Source of the DNA: an uncultured Acidobacteriota bacterium
GTDB taxonomy: Bacteria > Acidobacteriota > Thermoanaerobaculia > UBA5066 > DATFVB01
Assembly (NCBI GenBank): GCA_963714035.1
Contig: OY970224.1
Location: 2,337,996-2,401,995 of the forward strand
Direction: 5' to 3'
Length of the DNA: 64,000 bases
The notes below the pieces were generated by a model. The model made no database searches, was not told the origin of the DNA, and worked only from the letters and a program-made list of their open reading frames with translations. Shown piece after piece: positions 21,586 through 30,886 of the stretch. A program made the translations under genes and the position numbers. Positions within the stretch are counted from its first letter, which is position 1. Each line of letters opens with the position of its first letter.

Positions 21586-22641
21586 TTACCGCTCCGCGCC
21601 GGCGGCGTTGATCGAGTCCTGCACCTCGACCTTCTCCGCCATGTCGTGCGCGAACGACATCGCCTTCTCCCACGCCTGGCGCGCGTGCGCAAGATCGTGC
21701 TTCCCGGCGTAGGCGTCGCCGATCGTCGCGTAGATCCCGTAGAGCTGCCGGCTCTGCGGATGTTTCGCCGCGTAGTCGGAGAGCCATGCGATCGCCTCGT
21801 CGTATTTCTTGTGCTCGAGAAGAGGATTCACCGCGAGATTGATCGATTGGCCTTCGTTCGCCCTTCCCCTGGCCTGCTCGCGCAGCTCGGCGGCGCCCTT
21901 CGCATCGCCTTTCTTCTCGAGGATGGCCGCCTTCGTGCGGAGAGCGCCGAACGTCGCGTTGAGAGAAATCGCGTGATCGATGTCGGCGAGCGCCGCATCG
22001 ACGTCGCCGTGGGCCATCTCCCATCGGGCCGCCTGGGCCCACGCCTCGGCATTCCAGTGCTTGCCGCCCCGGAGCTCGTCCCGGATCGACGCGCGCACCG
22101 TCGCCGGAACGTCGACGCTGATCCGGATCGGGACCCGGAGCCGCTCCCAGCGGAGCGAGAGCGTCGCCGCATCGTCGCCGAGATCGTCGAACGTGTAGAC
22201 GAGCCGCTCCTGCGGTTCCGCAAGCGGCTGCGGGGAGATCTCGACGCGCGCGGCGTCCTCCGACGGCTCGTAGCTGTACGTCCCCCAACCGCCGGGAAAG
22301 CGGCTCAGCGCGACGGTCCAGCGGGACGCGCCGGGGATCATGAAGAGCCCGTACGTTCCCGCGTCGACCGGTTTTCCCTCGACCGTCACCGGCGTCGAGA
22401 AGGAGATGACGGTTCCCTCGTTGGCGCCCGCACGCCAGACGACTCCGTAGGGCACGAGACCGTCCCAGATCTTCCGCTTGTTCACCGCCGGCCGGTGATA
22501 CCGGACTTCGATGTCGGTGATCCCGATCGTCTGCATGGCGGAGGCCGCCGGGCTCGTCTCCGGCAGGTCGAGAAGGGATTGCCCGCGAGCGATTCCCGCC
22601 GCGAGAAGGATTCCGGCCGCGACAATGAGGTTTCTTTTCAT
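21586..22641 (-). CDS. Secreted DUF2911-like domain plus TPR-repeat protein
   Basis: Signal peptide MKRNLIVAAGILLAAGIA. The N-terminal RYHRP...WRAGANE-type region and C-terminal TPR-like helices match DUF2911-TPR proteins. Confidence 0.6.
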   Translation of the reverse strand: MKRNLIVAAGILLAAGIARGQSLLDLPETSPAASAMQTIGITDIEVRYHRPAVNKRKIWDGLVPYGVVWRAGANEGTVISFSTPVTVEGKPVDAGTYGLFMIPGASRWTVALSRFPGGWGTYSYEPSEDAARVEISPQPLAEPQERLVYTFDDLGDDAATLSLRWERLRVPIRISVDVPATVRASIRDELRGGKHWNAEAWAQAARWEMAHGDVDAALADIDHAISLNATFGALRTKAAILEKKGDAKGAAELREQARGRANEGQSINLAVNPLLEHKKYDEAIAWLSDYAAKHPQSRQLYGIYATIGDAYAGKHDLAHARQAWEKAMSFAHDMAEKVEVQDSINAAGAER

Positions 22642-22819
22642 CGTTTCTCTCCGTTCCGGTCGGTACGAACCGGCGCCGGGAAAGTTTAGCCGCGAACGCC
22701 GAGGCGAAGCGAGCTTCTCGCGGCCGTGCGTCATTCCGCCTTGAAGGCCCGCCCGTTCCACGGGCGGGTGGGATAATCGCCCCATCGTCGCCCACGGCTC
22801 GACGTTCTCGGGAGAAATC

Positions 22820-23587
22820 ATGCGATACCGAACCGGACCGATCGTCGTCCTCGTCTTGTTCCTATCGTCGATATCGAGAGCGGCGGCCCCGTGGACGCCG
22901 GGCGCGGCTCCCGATCCCCGCCGGATCCTCGAGGAAGCCCAGACCGACACGGCCGCGGGCCGCTACGAAGACGCGCTCGCGAAATTCGTGTGGTTCCACG
23001 AGCACGCCCTCGAGGTCCAGCCGGCGATGTCCGGCGTGCGGGTCTCTTTCGCGCTCACCTACTGGGCAGAGCTCGGCGCGGTGTACCCGCCGGCGATCGC
23101 GAAGCTCCGCTCCGAGCGCGACCGCGCGGGCGACGACGCCCGGTCGGCGGCCGATCCGGTCCGCGCGTTCGGCGATTTCGCGGCGATCAACAAGACGCTC
23201 AATGAAGACGGGAAGACGGCGGACCTGTTCGCGGAGTACGACGCGAACGCGCCCGAAAAGGCCGCGAGGGTCTACGTCTCCGCGGAGCCGGCGCTCGTCC
23301 GGGCGAAGCGGTACGCGCTCTGCGGGAAGTACCTCGACGCGGACCGGAGTTTCGCGCGGTACGTTCAGCTCCGAGATGCGCTCGCCGGAATGCAGATGAC
23401 CCCCGGCTTCAAGGAGAAATCGCTCTCGACGAACATGGCAACACTCGTCGGCCTGCTCGCCGTCAACGGCCGCAAGGAGGACGCGGCGAGGATCGCGGAG
23501 AAAGCGCGCGCCCTTTCGGAGGACGCGGAGTACCGGAAGGCCCTCGACGCCGCCCTGAAAGGCGAGATACCGCCCCCCTGGCCGTGA
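22820..23587 (+). CDS. Secreted hypothetical protein
   Basis: Signal peptide, and an intact 255-aa frame with typical codon bias. No recognised domain. Confidence 0.5.
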   Translation: MRYRTGPIVVLVLFLSSISRAAAPWTPGAAPDPRRILEEAQTDTAAGRYEDALAKFVWFHEHALEVQPAMSGVRVSFALTYWAELGAVYPPAIAKLRSERDRAGDDARSAADPVRAFGDFAAINKTLNEDGKTADLFAEYDANAPEKAARVYVSAEPALVRAKRYALCGKYLDADRSFARYVQLRDALAGMQMTPGFKEKSLSTNMATLVGLLAVNGRKEDAARIAEKARALSEDAEYRKALDAALKGEIPPPWP

Positions 23588-23607
23588 AGTGAAGGCCCCT
23601 TCTGACC

Positions 23608-23882
23608 AGTGTCCCGTAACGAAAATAGCTGTGGCGTCGTTCGGAGCGCCGCGGGGCGGGCTGCAAGGCGGCGCGACACAGGCGATACCCGAGTATCGTC
23701 GAGGAGCGCCAACGCCGCAGAACGCTCCGCGCCGCCCGAACCCTTCGGGCGCCCGCACATTGCGGACGATCCCTGCGTTGCTCGTCGGGTCCGATCGCTT
23801 CGGCATCTGTCCCCTCCTCGCGCCTTGACCTCGTCCGCAAGCCGCGGGCGCGACGCTAAAGCTATTTCCGTTACGGGACACT
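23608..23882. repeat. MITE-like element with 32-bp imperfect terminal inverted repeats (28/32 match)
   Basis: The left end AGTGTCCCGTAACGAAAATAGCTGTGGCGTCG (23608-23639) is the reverse complement (4 mismatches) of the right end CGACGCTAAAGCTATTTCCGTTACGGGACACT (23851-23882). They flank a 211-bp non-coding core. Confidence 0.7.
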
Positions 23883-23900
23883 AGAATCGCCCGCGCGGAG

Positions 23901-24308
23901 GTGGGAAAAGTGAAAAAGACGGCGAACGCGCGATTCGCGATCGAGAACTGGGACGAAAAGCCCTACGGAGAAGGCGAGGGTCTGCCGAAGCTGACCCGGG
24001 CGACCGTCGCGAAGACCTTCACCGGCGACATCGAAGGGGAAGGGCACGTCGAATATCTGATGATGTACCGCAGCGAGAGCTCGGCCACGTTCGTCGGTCT
24101 CGAACGGGTCGTCGGGAGCGTCGCGGGCAAAACGGGCAGTTTCGTGTTGCAGCGAACCGGAGTGTTCGAGAACGGTCTCGCGAAGGAGTCGTATTCCGTC
24201 GTCTCCGGCTCCGGGACGGACGAGCTTCGGAATCTGCGCGGCGAGGGGGAGACGTCGGTCGGGCACGGGATGGAGCATGCGATGACGCTGCGCTATGAGC
24301 TCGACTGA
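23901..24308 (+). CDS. DUF3224 domain protein
   Basis: The core G.G.....G....SG.F.L....G and the ~135-aa size fit DUF3224. A paralogue lies at 34122-34520. The start may instead be GTG at 23910. Confidence 0.6.
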   Translation: MGKVKKTANARFAIENWDEKPYGEGEGLPKLTRATVAKTFTGDIEGEGHVEYLMMYRSESSATFVGLERVVGSVAGKTGSFVLQRTGVFENGLAKESYSVVSGSGTDELRNLRGEGETSVGHGMEHAMTLRYELD

Positions 24309-24417
24309 AGGCGAGGCGCCGGGAAAGATCACCCTCACCCGACTCGCTCCGCTCGCCGGCTCGCGCCGCCGCTGAAGCCGTGGCGGACAGGTCTCCCGTC
24401 GAGCGAGAGACGAAGGG

Positions 24418-24900
24418 TTATTTCTGCGTGCCGGAGAGGACTTCGCGCAGGCTCCATTTCGACGACGGCGACCGGATGTTCGAGATTCGCCAGCCCTCCG
24501 GGGTCCGCTTCATTTCATAGATCAACTTTCTCTCGCCGAGATTGCGAAGAGTCACCTCGAACGATCCGGCAGGTTTCACCTCCCGGATCCGCGGATTCGG
24601 CTCCGAATCGTCGAAATCCTGCGCGTCATAGAAAGGATCCCAGTCCAGATTGCAGACTTCCTGCCGCTTCTTCCCGCATTCGCAATCCTTCACGAACAAA
24701 TCGGTGAGCGCCGGGTCGCAGTACCTCGACACGCCGGCCCTGTCGCAGAGATCGATCTCCCGATTCTTGCCCGGTTGGTGGTGAGCGTACAAAGACGCGA
24801 TCACTTCCTGAGGAGTGTTCGCGGCGTGGTCCGCCGCTGACGTCCGCGACGGCACGACGAGAGTCACTACCAGGAAGATCGAAGACGCCGTCCACTTCAT
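24418..24900 (-). CDS. Secreted Cys-rich hypothetical protein
   Basis: Signal peptide MKWTASSIFLVVTLVVPSRTSA. Several Cys residues (CDRAGVSRYCDP, CECGKKRQEVC). Confidence 0.5.
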   Translation of the reverse strand: MKWTASSIFLVVTLVVPSRTSAADHAANTPQEVIASLYAHHQPGKNREIDLCDRAGVSRYCDPALTDLFVKDCECGKKRQEVCNLDWDPFYDAQDFDDSEPNPRIREVKPAGSFEVTLRNLGERKLIYEMKRTPEGWRISNIRSPSSKWSLREVLSGTQK

Positions 24901-24911
24901 GCCGCCCCCGA

Positions 24912-25298
24912 TCATCGGGACGCGTTCAGCTTCACGGCCGCGCGAATCAGGGCCTTCAACGCCTTCTCGTCGATCTTCTCCCCCTCGTGGAAGTCGATCG
25001 CTCGCCGGGTGTTGCCCTCGAGGCTGGAGTTGAAGAGGCCGGTCGGGTCCGCGAGCGCGGCTCCCCTCGCAAAAGTCGTCTTCACGACCTTCTTGTACGT
25101 CTCGCCGGTACAGATCAATCCGTCGTGAGACCAGACGGGAATCCCCCACTTCCACTCTTCGGCGATTTCGGGATCGGCCTGCCGGATCAACTTACGGATG
25201 CGGGCGAGGGTCTTGCCCCGCCAGTCGTCGAGCTCCTCGATCCTCCCGTCGATCATCTGCGAGGGAGACTTCCCTTTCGGCAATCCGCTCTTTTTCAT
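24912..25298 (-). CDS. DUF1801 (YdhG-like) domain protein, second copy
   Basis: IEELDDWRGKTLARIR...WKWGIPVWSHDG...KTTFA pattern. Paralogue of the 2517-2933 gene. Confidence 0.7.
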   Translation of the reverse strand: MKKSGLPKGKSPSQMIDGRIEELDDWRGKTLARIRKLIRQADPEIAEEWKWGIPVWSHDGLICTGETYKKVVKTTFARGAALADPTGLFNSSLEGNTRRAIDFHEGEKIDEKALKALIRAAVKLNASR

Positions 25299-25348
25299 GA
25301 CGTTTCTTCTTTCCGTGCGTCGGGTATCCCGCGGTTCACCCGCCGATT

Positions 25349-26008
25349 CTAGCGGGAGCCGCGGCGAATCGTCCCGCGGCGGCGCGCCGGCGGGGGCGAC
25401 GCGGAGAGCCCTGCGGCGGCGAGCGCCGCCGCGGCCGCGAGCTTGTGATTCGCCTGCCAGGGCGGCCCGATCGATCGGCCCATCGCGGCGAGGAACGCGT
25501 CGATCTCCTCGCGGCCGAGAGCGGCGGCCGCGTCTCCGAACACGCGCTCGCGGTCGTACCCGAGGACGGCCCAGCCGCGCGCCTCCGCGGCGGCGGCGAG
25601 GGCCTCGCGATACATGACCGAATCGGCGAACGTCTGCGCCCGGTTGTCGGCGATCCGCTCCTCGATCGTCGGCGGAAGCTTCGGGCACGCGCGGATCGCG
25701 ATGCGCGCGATCGGCACGGGCACGTCCGCCGCCAGAGCCTCGAGACCCTCGCGCGCGCCGCGCGCGGCGGCCTCTCGCACGCGTTCGACGAGCGCCACGG
25801 CCTCGGCAAGCGAAACGGGCCGCGCCCAGGGACTGTTCGAATAGCGCCCCATCGCCCACGAGCCTTCGTGATGGTGCGGGTGCGTCGGCAGGCCGCGAGT
25901 GAGAGCAATGCTTCGGCGATCGAGAAATGCGCCGCCGGGACCGAGCGTGACGAGCACCGCCGTGTTCGAGGATTCCGCGACGCCGACGGTCGCCGTCGCT
26001 GCTTTCAT
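25349..26008 (-). CDS. Hypothetical protein (no family recognised)
   Basis: 219-aa frame with the MKAATATVGV start confirmed on the sequence. Ala-rich; domain unknown. Confidence 0.4.
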   Translation of the reverse strand: MKAATATVGVAESSNTAVLVTLGPGGAFLDRRSIALTRGLPTHPHHHEGSWAMGRYSNSPWARPVSLAEAVALVERVREAAARGAREGLEALAADVPVPIARIAIRACPKLPPTIEERIADNRAQTFADSVMYREALAAAAEARGWAVLGYDRERVFGDAAAALGREEIDAFLAAMGRSIGPPWQANHKLAAAAALAAAGLSASPPPARRRGTIRRGSR

Positions 26009-26046
26009 CCTCTCGCCGGACTTTCCCCGCCCGGCCATGGCCGCCG

Positions 26047-26784
26047 TCATCTCTCCCCGTTCGGAACGAGGCTCACCGCCTGGCCCACGTGGATCGTCCC
26101 GGGGCGCACCGCCGTTCCATAAACCCCCGCGTTGTTCCCGTTCAACTGCACCACCGCCTTCATCGGGCGCCCGTCCTGCTTCCCCGTGTCGGGGTCCAGA
26201 TTGATCATCATGCATCGTTCGTCGCGCAGGGTGACGCTCACGGCCGGCATCGGCTCGCGTTCCCCGAACACGAGCGTCCCGCCGATCCACGCGTCCTCGG
26301 CAAACGGCCCGGGGTCGTCCGCATCGAGCACGATGTTGGCCCGGAAACGCCGGCGATCGAGCTCCATCCCGGCCGCCCGCCCGATGCCCGCGATGGTCTG
26401 CCGGGTGATCACCGAGATCGGCGCCTCGTCGAAGATCCCGTGCTTGAGCTTCATCAGCTCCACCTCCACGCCGCACTTCGCCGCGATTTCGCTCCGGAGC
26501 TCCTCGCCGCGCAGCTCGAGCTCGGCTCCGGCCGGCGTGCGAACGTGCGTCGGCAGCGGCTCGGCCGAAGACTCGTCGAGACCGAACGGGCGGTAGAGGA
26601 TGAGCCCCGGAAGGCGGCTCGCGGAGAGCCACGGGAAGCCGTTTTCCTCTCCCGGCCGACGGAATGCGAAGCGTCGATCCCCGTCGAGCCCGTGCCAGCC
26701 GAGCACGGCCGACTCCGCCGCGGCGCCCGCCATCGACTTGACGGGATACCGCACCAGCTCGCGAACTCGCCCGAGGGGAATCAT
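26047..26784 (-). CDS. MOSC domain-containing protein
   Basis: N-terminal beta-barrel followed by a MOSC core with the conserved Cys (RFRANIVLD...DERCMMINLD). Confidence 0.75.
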   Translation of the reverse strand: MIPLGRVRELVRYPVKSMAGAAAESAVLGWHGLDGDRRFAFRRPGEENGFPWLSASRLPGLILYRPFGLDESSAEPLPTHVRTPAGAELELRGEELRSEIAAKCGVEVELMKLKHGIFDEAPISVITRQTIAGIGRAAGMELDRRRFRANIVLDADDPGPFAEDAWIGGTLVFGEREPMPAVSVTLRDERCMMINLDPDTGKQDGRPMKAVVQLNGNNAGVYGTAVRPGTIHVGQAVSLVPNGER

Positions 26785-27230
26785 GGCGCGGAGGGGATCC
26801 CGCGGCTCCGCCGCCGATGCCACGCGAGCGCGACGAAAAACAGGACGACGGCGGCGTCCACGCACGCGACGATTTCCCGCAGCGAGCCGCGGCACTCCGC
26901 TTCGCTCGGATACCGTCGGAGGATCGGAACGCCGAAGAGGGATGCCGTCTGAACGCAGGGGACGCGAGCGAGGAAGAACGCGACCCAATTCGCGATCGCC
27001 AGAAAGCAGATCATGATGGCTTTCAGCATGGCGCCGGAGAGACGCGACCAACCCAAACCCTGGGCAACCAGGTGGAGCCCACAGAGCGTGAACGCGGCCA
27101 GCGCGAATAGCGCCATTCCGAGCGGCCACGACGGATTGAGGCCCTGCGGATGCGAGATCATCAGCCAGCCGGTCCCCAGCCCGAGGATCAGGAAGACGAC
27201 TCCGAGAAGAAGAGCGGCCCTGACGGTCAT
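26781..27230 (-). CDS. Membrane protein (4 TM), hypothetical; start overlaps the MOSC gene (ATGA)
   Basis: Four hydrophobic helices. Translational coupling with the downstream MOSC gene. Confidence 0.5.
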   Translation of the reverse strand: MTVRAALLLGVVFLILGLGTGWLMISHPQGLNPSWPLGMALFALAAFTLCGLHLVAQGLGWSRLSGAMLKAIMICFLAIANWVAFFLARVPCVQTASLFGVPILRRYPSEAECRGSLREIVACVDAAVVLFFVALAWHRRRSRGIPSAP

Positions 27231-27367
27231 TTCATGCCAACGGCCGTCTCACGACGCGCCCGGCGGCAGTGCTCAGGCCGCGCAGGATCGTGGGTGTCGC
27301 TTCGAGCAGATCGAGGCACGGCAGGCCCTCGTTCACGACGACTATCCCCCGCGACGTCTAACGGCCT

Positions 27368-27805
27368 TTACTCGCCTTCCAGGGTCAAATGCACGCTCTT
27401 GAGCTCCTTGATTTCGGAGATCACGATTGCACGCGTCCCGTTGCGCTCAAATATGGTCCCGCTGGCCTGCACGTATTTACCCACGAAGGGCATCAACTTT
27501 TCCAACTCACCGGCGTCAGGCATTTTGTCGGAGATAGGGAGATACAGATCACCCTCCCGGGTCAGAATAACGAGCGGCGAACCACCCTTCACGCAATCCC
27601 GCACGCACTTCGTGCTCAAGGCGGTCGCATTCGAATCGAGGTTTTGAATGGGACACGCAAGGTCCCGAAGCAAGCCCTCGATCGTCGCCTGCGACGCGTG
27701 TGCCCGGGAACCCGGCATCGACGTCTTCTGTTGAAGTTGAGACGCAGCCAGGATCGACGCGATACCGCAGGCAGCCAGCAGGCACAGACGCAGAAGTGGC
27801 TTCAC
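27368..27805 (-). CDS. Secreted hypothetical protein (first gene of the lower-GC island)
   Basis: Signal peptide MKPLLRLCLLAACGIASILAA. Local GC drops to ~52%. Confidence 0.5.
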   Translation of the reverse strand: MKPLLRLCLLAACGIASILAASQLQQKTSMPGSRAHASQATIEGLLRDLACPIQNLDSNATALSTKCVRDCVKGGSPLVILTREGDLYLPISDKMPDAGELEKLMPFVGKYVQASGTIFERNGTRAIVISEIKELKSVHLTLEGE

Positions 27806-27870
27806 GGGTTCTCCTTTTCGCTAATGCCGCGACAATCGTTCACTTCGAGCAGCCTCTGGCGAAGGCTGGA

Positions 27871-28407
27871 TCAGGCAGGAACATACGCCAGCCTGATCAC
27901 GTTCTCGCCGATCCGATCACCAGAGATAAGCCGGAGCGGCGGCGGTGGCTCTGCGAAATAGGGCTTGCCGCGACTCAGCACGACGGGATGGAGGTAGATT
28001 CTGTATTCATCGATCAGGCCCAGCTCGGTGAGGCCTTGCGCGAGGGTCGGTCCGGCAACTTCGATCTCCCCGTCACGCTCGGCCTTCAGCTCGCGGATCG
28101 CGCCCTCGAGATCATTCTCGACGAGGCTGGCATTCGGTCCGACCGACTTCAGGGAACGCGAGACGACCCATTTCGGCTGTTTCCGCCATATCGCCGCGAA
28201 AGCGTTTTCCTCTTCGCCCCAGTCAGGCTGATCGTCGTCCCAGTAGCGCATGACCTCATATATTCGGCGGCCGTACACACTGCCCGCCTGCCCCCGAGCC
28301 TCCTCGATGAAGTGGCGGAAGAGCGCGGGGCTTGGCGCAAACGATGCATGATCGACGTAGCCGTCCAGGGACTGGTTCATTGCGAACACGAGCCTCGCCA
28401 TACCCAC
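27871..28407 (-). CDS. Dihydrofolate reductase-like (RibD C-terminal domain) family protein
   Basis: MARLVFAMNQSLDGY...GR.Y...............................P..VVS......NA......L.... matches the YwjB/RibD_C family. Confidence 0.7.
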   Translation of the reverse strand: MGMARLVFAMNQSLDGYVDHASFAPSPALFRHFIEEARGQAGSVYGRRIYEVMRYWDDDQPDWGEEENAFAAIWRKQPKWVVSRSLKSVGPNASLVENDLEGAIRELKAERDGEIEVAGPTLAQGLTELGLIDEYRIYLHPVVLSRGKPYFAEPPPPLRLISGDRIGENVIRLAYVPA

Positions 28408-28494
28408 TTCCTTTCCGTGCGCGGCAGATCCGCGCGGATGAGCCGACCGAGCGCCTCGACGTCTTCGGCGTTGAGGGCGGTCACCGTGCGGCCT

Positions 28495-28548
28495 GACGAC
28501 ACGAGCTCAGCGGCAAGCCCGCAGGGCGCGGTCCGATGCAAGCGCATG
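28495..28548. repeat. Degenerate copy of the island REP-like element
   Basis: gagctcagcggcaagcccgcagggcgcggtccgatgcaagcgcatg resembles the consensus GGCTTCAGCGGCGGCAAGCCGCAGGCGCGCCGTCCGCTGCAAGCCGATG. Confidence 0.5.
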
Positions 28549-28669
28549 CCAGGCGGCGCCGATGCGGCCGTGCGTGCATGTGGCCTTCCTGCTCGTGGCG
28601 CCAGCCACGGCTTGACGCGCCGACCCGGGCATCGCGAAAGGAAGTAGCTCACGCCGCCAAGCCGTTTCT

Positions 28670-29047
28670 TCAGGAAGCACTCCGCCGAGCTCGCAACGCC
28701 TGGACCGCCAGGATGATCGAGAACGCCCCGTTGACTCCGAGAACATAGAGCGTCCAGATGAACAGCAGGGCGCCGCCCTTCTCGAGAAACTCCGGGCGCA
28801 ATCCATGCCGCATGTGCAGTGGCAGCATCAAGACGGCTATCACGCCGCCAAGTAGCATGATCACCTTGCCCACTGCCCGTTCTCGCAGCAGCACGGCGCC
28901 GCAGACAATCACGAGCAGACTCCCGACGCCGACAAGATGATTGAGCCCAGCGCGGTCGAACCCGAAGACAATGTCTTGCGAGATATGCAGGGCAAGCAGA
29001 AGCACGGAGAGTATCGAGGTCAGACTCAAGAGATCGTTCTGCTTCAT
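28670..29047 (-). CDS. Membrane protein (4 TM), hypothetical
   Basis: 125 aa with four hydrophobic helices. GC ~55%. Confidence 0.5.
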   Translation of the reverse strand: MKQNDLLSLTSILSVLLLALHISQDIVFGFDRAGLNHLVGVGSLLVIVCGAVLLRERAVGKVIMLLGGVIAVLMLPLHMRHGLRPEFLEKGGALLFIWTLYVLGVNGAFSIILAVQALRARRSAS

Positions 29048-29103
29048 GGAGGGCGCTCCTTTTCAGTCTGTGTGACCTGCGTTAACTGCCTAACCACCCG
29101 GGT

Positions 29104-29460
29104 TCAGCGGCGGCACGGCGCGCCTGAGGCGTCCCGAACCGTGATCGCTAGGAAATCGGCGTCGGTTGAAACCATCTCAGGCTGAATGTTCTTGGGAAGT
29201 GCACAGAACTCTTGACGCCGGACTTCGCCGGATAAACTCTTCAGCTGCTCGGCGGATAAGTGGATGAGCCGTGACGAGACCCCAGGATGAACACACGTAT
29301 CTTCGCTCCGTCGGTGAGCGAAACCCGACGCATAGATTGCCGTGTACCATCCTGCACCGCACCATACCGTTCGCTCGACCTCGATGATCGGCTTCTCCTC
29401 AGCGCCAAAGGCCACTGATGCAATCAGCACGATCATTCCGCCAACGGTGACTAGCCGCAT
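29104..29460 (-). CDS. Secreted hypothetical protein
   Basis: Signal peptide MRLVTVGGMIVLIASVAFGA. Confidence 0.45.
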   Translation of the reverse strand: MRLVTVGGMIVLIASVAFGAEEKPIIEVERTVWCGAGWYTAIYASGFAHRRSEDTCVHPGVSSRLIHLSAEQLKSLSGEVRRQEFCALPKNIQPEMVSTDADFLAITVRDASGAPCRR

Positions 29461-29513
29461 AACGACCCGGCTTCAGCGGCAAGGCCGAAGTCCGCTGCAA
29501 GCCGATGTTCGGG
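29461..29513. repeat. Island REP-like hairpin element, copy 1
   Basis: aacgacccggcttcagcggcaaggccgaagtccgctgcaagccgatgttcgg, with paired CAGCGG/CCGCTG and CGAAC/GTTCG arms. Confidence 0.75.
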
Positions 29514-29520
29514 GTGCGCA

Positions 29521-30140
29521 TCATTTGGGCGCCTTTCGCGCACCCGTGTCAACAACGAACTCATGCTGCTTCCGGCTCCACCGATATCGCCTGTCCCCAC
29601 TACTTTGGGTCAGTTGGGCGTTGTTGTACACGCCGACTCGAAAACCGTTCTCGGTGGGCCAGATGCCGATAGAGCTGGATATACCACCGAACCTATCGCC
29701 AGCGATCGGGAGAGCGCTTATGCGACCGCTGGGAGCGATGGTGAGCACGTGGTAGCCAGAGAAACCCATGCAGCTCGGCTGCTCGATTGTGAAATCCGGG
29801 TCGCCGTCGTCGTTGTAATCGTCAAATTCCAGCTGAGTCTCACCGTTTCTCAAGAATGTGAGGTCGGGTTCGCCGGTCACCTCGTTCAAATCGGTAGTGA
29901 CTTGTGTTCCAGTGTCGAGCGTGGCGATTGCTTTAAACTGGCCAACCCACACGTCAGCCGCAGGCCCAGCGCAGCTCTTGGCTTCCGGCCTCGCGTTGCC
30001 GACTTCGATTCGTACGGCCGCCACTTTCATACTCAGATCCGCCCGGACGATGGAGTTTACGACTACGGCTGGCTTTTCGGCCGCCACGGCGGAAACCGTC
30101 ATCGTTAGCCCCGCAAGTATTGCCAAAGTGCTCGAGAACC
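29521..30140 (-). CDS. Secreted hypothetical protein; the start is approximate because the annotated N-terminus runs into REP copy 2
   Basis: Signal-like segment TLAILAGLTMTVSAVAA. The ORF-track start at 30228 would translate the REP element (IGFQRTARLRLAAAEA). Confidence 0.45.
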
Positions 30141-30149
30141 ATCGCGCCC

Positions 30150-30212
30150 CGAACGACCAGGCTTCAGCGGCGGCAAGCCGCAGGCGCGCCGTCCGCTGAA
30201 AGCCGATGTTCG
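30150..30212. repeat. Island REP-like hairpin element, copy 2
   Basis: cgaacgaccaggcttcagcggcggcaagccgcaggcgcgccgtccgctgaaagccgatgttcg. Confidence 0.8.
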
Positions 30213-30224
30213 CCCGCCCGCCGA

Positions 30225-30770
30225 TCATCGTGAACCGACCAGTATCTGCGCCGGCGCAGCCTCAAGCCTCGTGTCGTAGCAGCCATAAACGTCGCAATCA
30301 GAGCCGTACACGATTGATTGCGACACGCTGACTCGGGCGGGCCCTTCGCCGACATCTGGAATTCGTACAGAATCGGTCCAGGTAAACGTTGCCTTGGGAT
30401 CGACGTGGAACGTTGACTTGCAGTACGGGTGGCCTACACGCGTCGAGAGCCCTCTGCTCCGCGCGCTGCCATCGAATCTGATGTCCCGACTCGAGCCAAT
30501 GCAGCCCTCAATGGTCTGATCGCCGCTGTTCGTTACGCCGAGCCGGACGATTACTTCCTGGTTGGCGGTGACATGGTCGGCGGAGAGGCTGATCGATAGG
30601 GCAAGATTCTCGCGGTAGCGGGCGAGCTGAGCGGTGATTCGTGTCCATGCCTCGGGCGAAGCCCGTTGGGGTAGCGTCTGTCCAGACCGTTGCGGAGAAT
30701 GGTTCTGGTTTTGCGCTGCGCAAGAGAACCCGAGGGCAGCTACGATGCCGATGACCACCACACCACTCGC
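30225..30770 (-). CDS. Secreted hypothetical protein; start approximate for the same reason
   Basis: Hydrophobic segment VVVIGIVAALGFSCAA. The upstream part of the ORF translates REP copy 3. Confidence 0.4.
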   Translation of the reverse strand, partial: ASGVVVIGIVAALGFSCAAQNQNHSPQRSGQTLPQRASPEAWTRITAQLARYRENLALSISLSADHVTANQEVIVRLGVTNSGDQTIEGCIGSSRDIRFDGSARSRGLSTRVGHPYCKSTFHVDPKATFTWTDSVRIPDVGEGPARVSVSQSIVYGSDCDVYGCYDTRLEAAPAQILVGSR

Positions 30771-30808
30771 CTTACACCTGCTCAACGGTAAGCCTCGCTC
30801 GGGGCGGG

Positions 30809-30873
30809 CGAACGACCCGAGTTCAGCGGTGGCGAGCCGCAGGCGAGCCGTCCGCTGCAAGCCGATGTTCGGG
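30809..30873. repeat. Island REP-like hairpin element, copy 3
   Basis: cgaacgacccgagttcagcggtggcgagccgcaggcgagccgtccgctgcaagccgatgttcggg. Confidence 0.8.
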
Positions 30874-30886
30874 AACGTCAGATTAC

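Noticed and set aside
27300-27420. Possible attachment-site duplicate of the tRNA-Pro end at the far island boundary (GGTCAAATGCACGC vs GGTTCAAATCCGACCGC).
   Set aside because: The similarity is too weak (about 10 of 17 bases) and the island lies 5' of the tRNA, so no att site is claimed.
28377-28652. 91-aa minus-strand ORF between the DHFR-like and membrane-protein genes.
   Set aside because: It overlaps a degenerate REP copy and has an atypical composition, so it is probably a repeat translation artefact.
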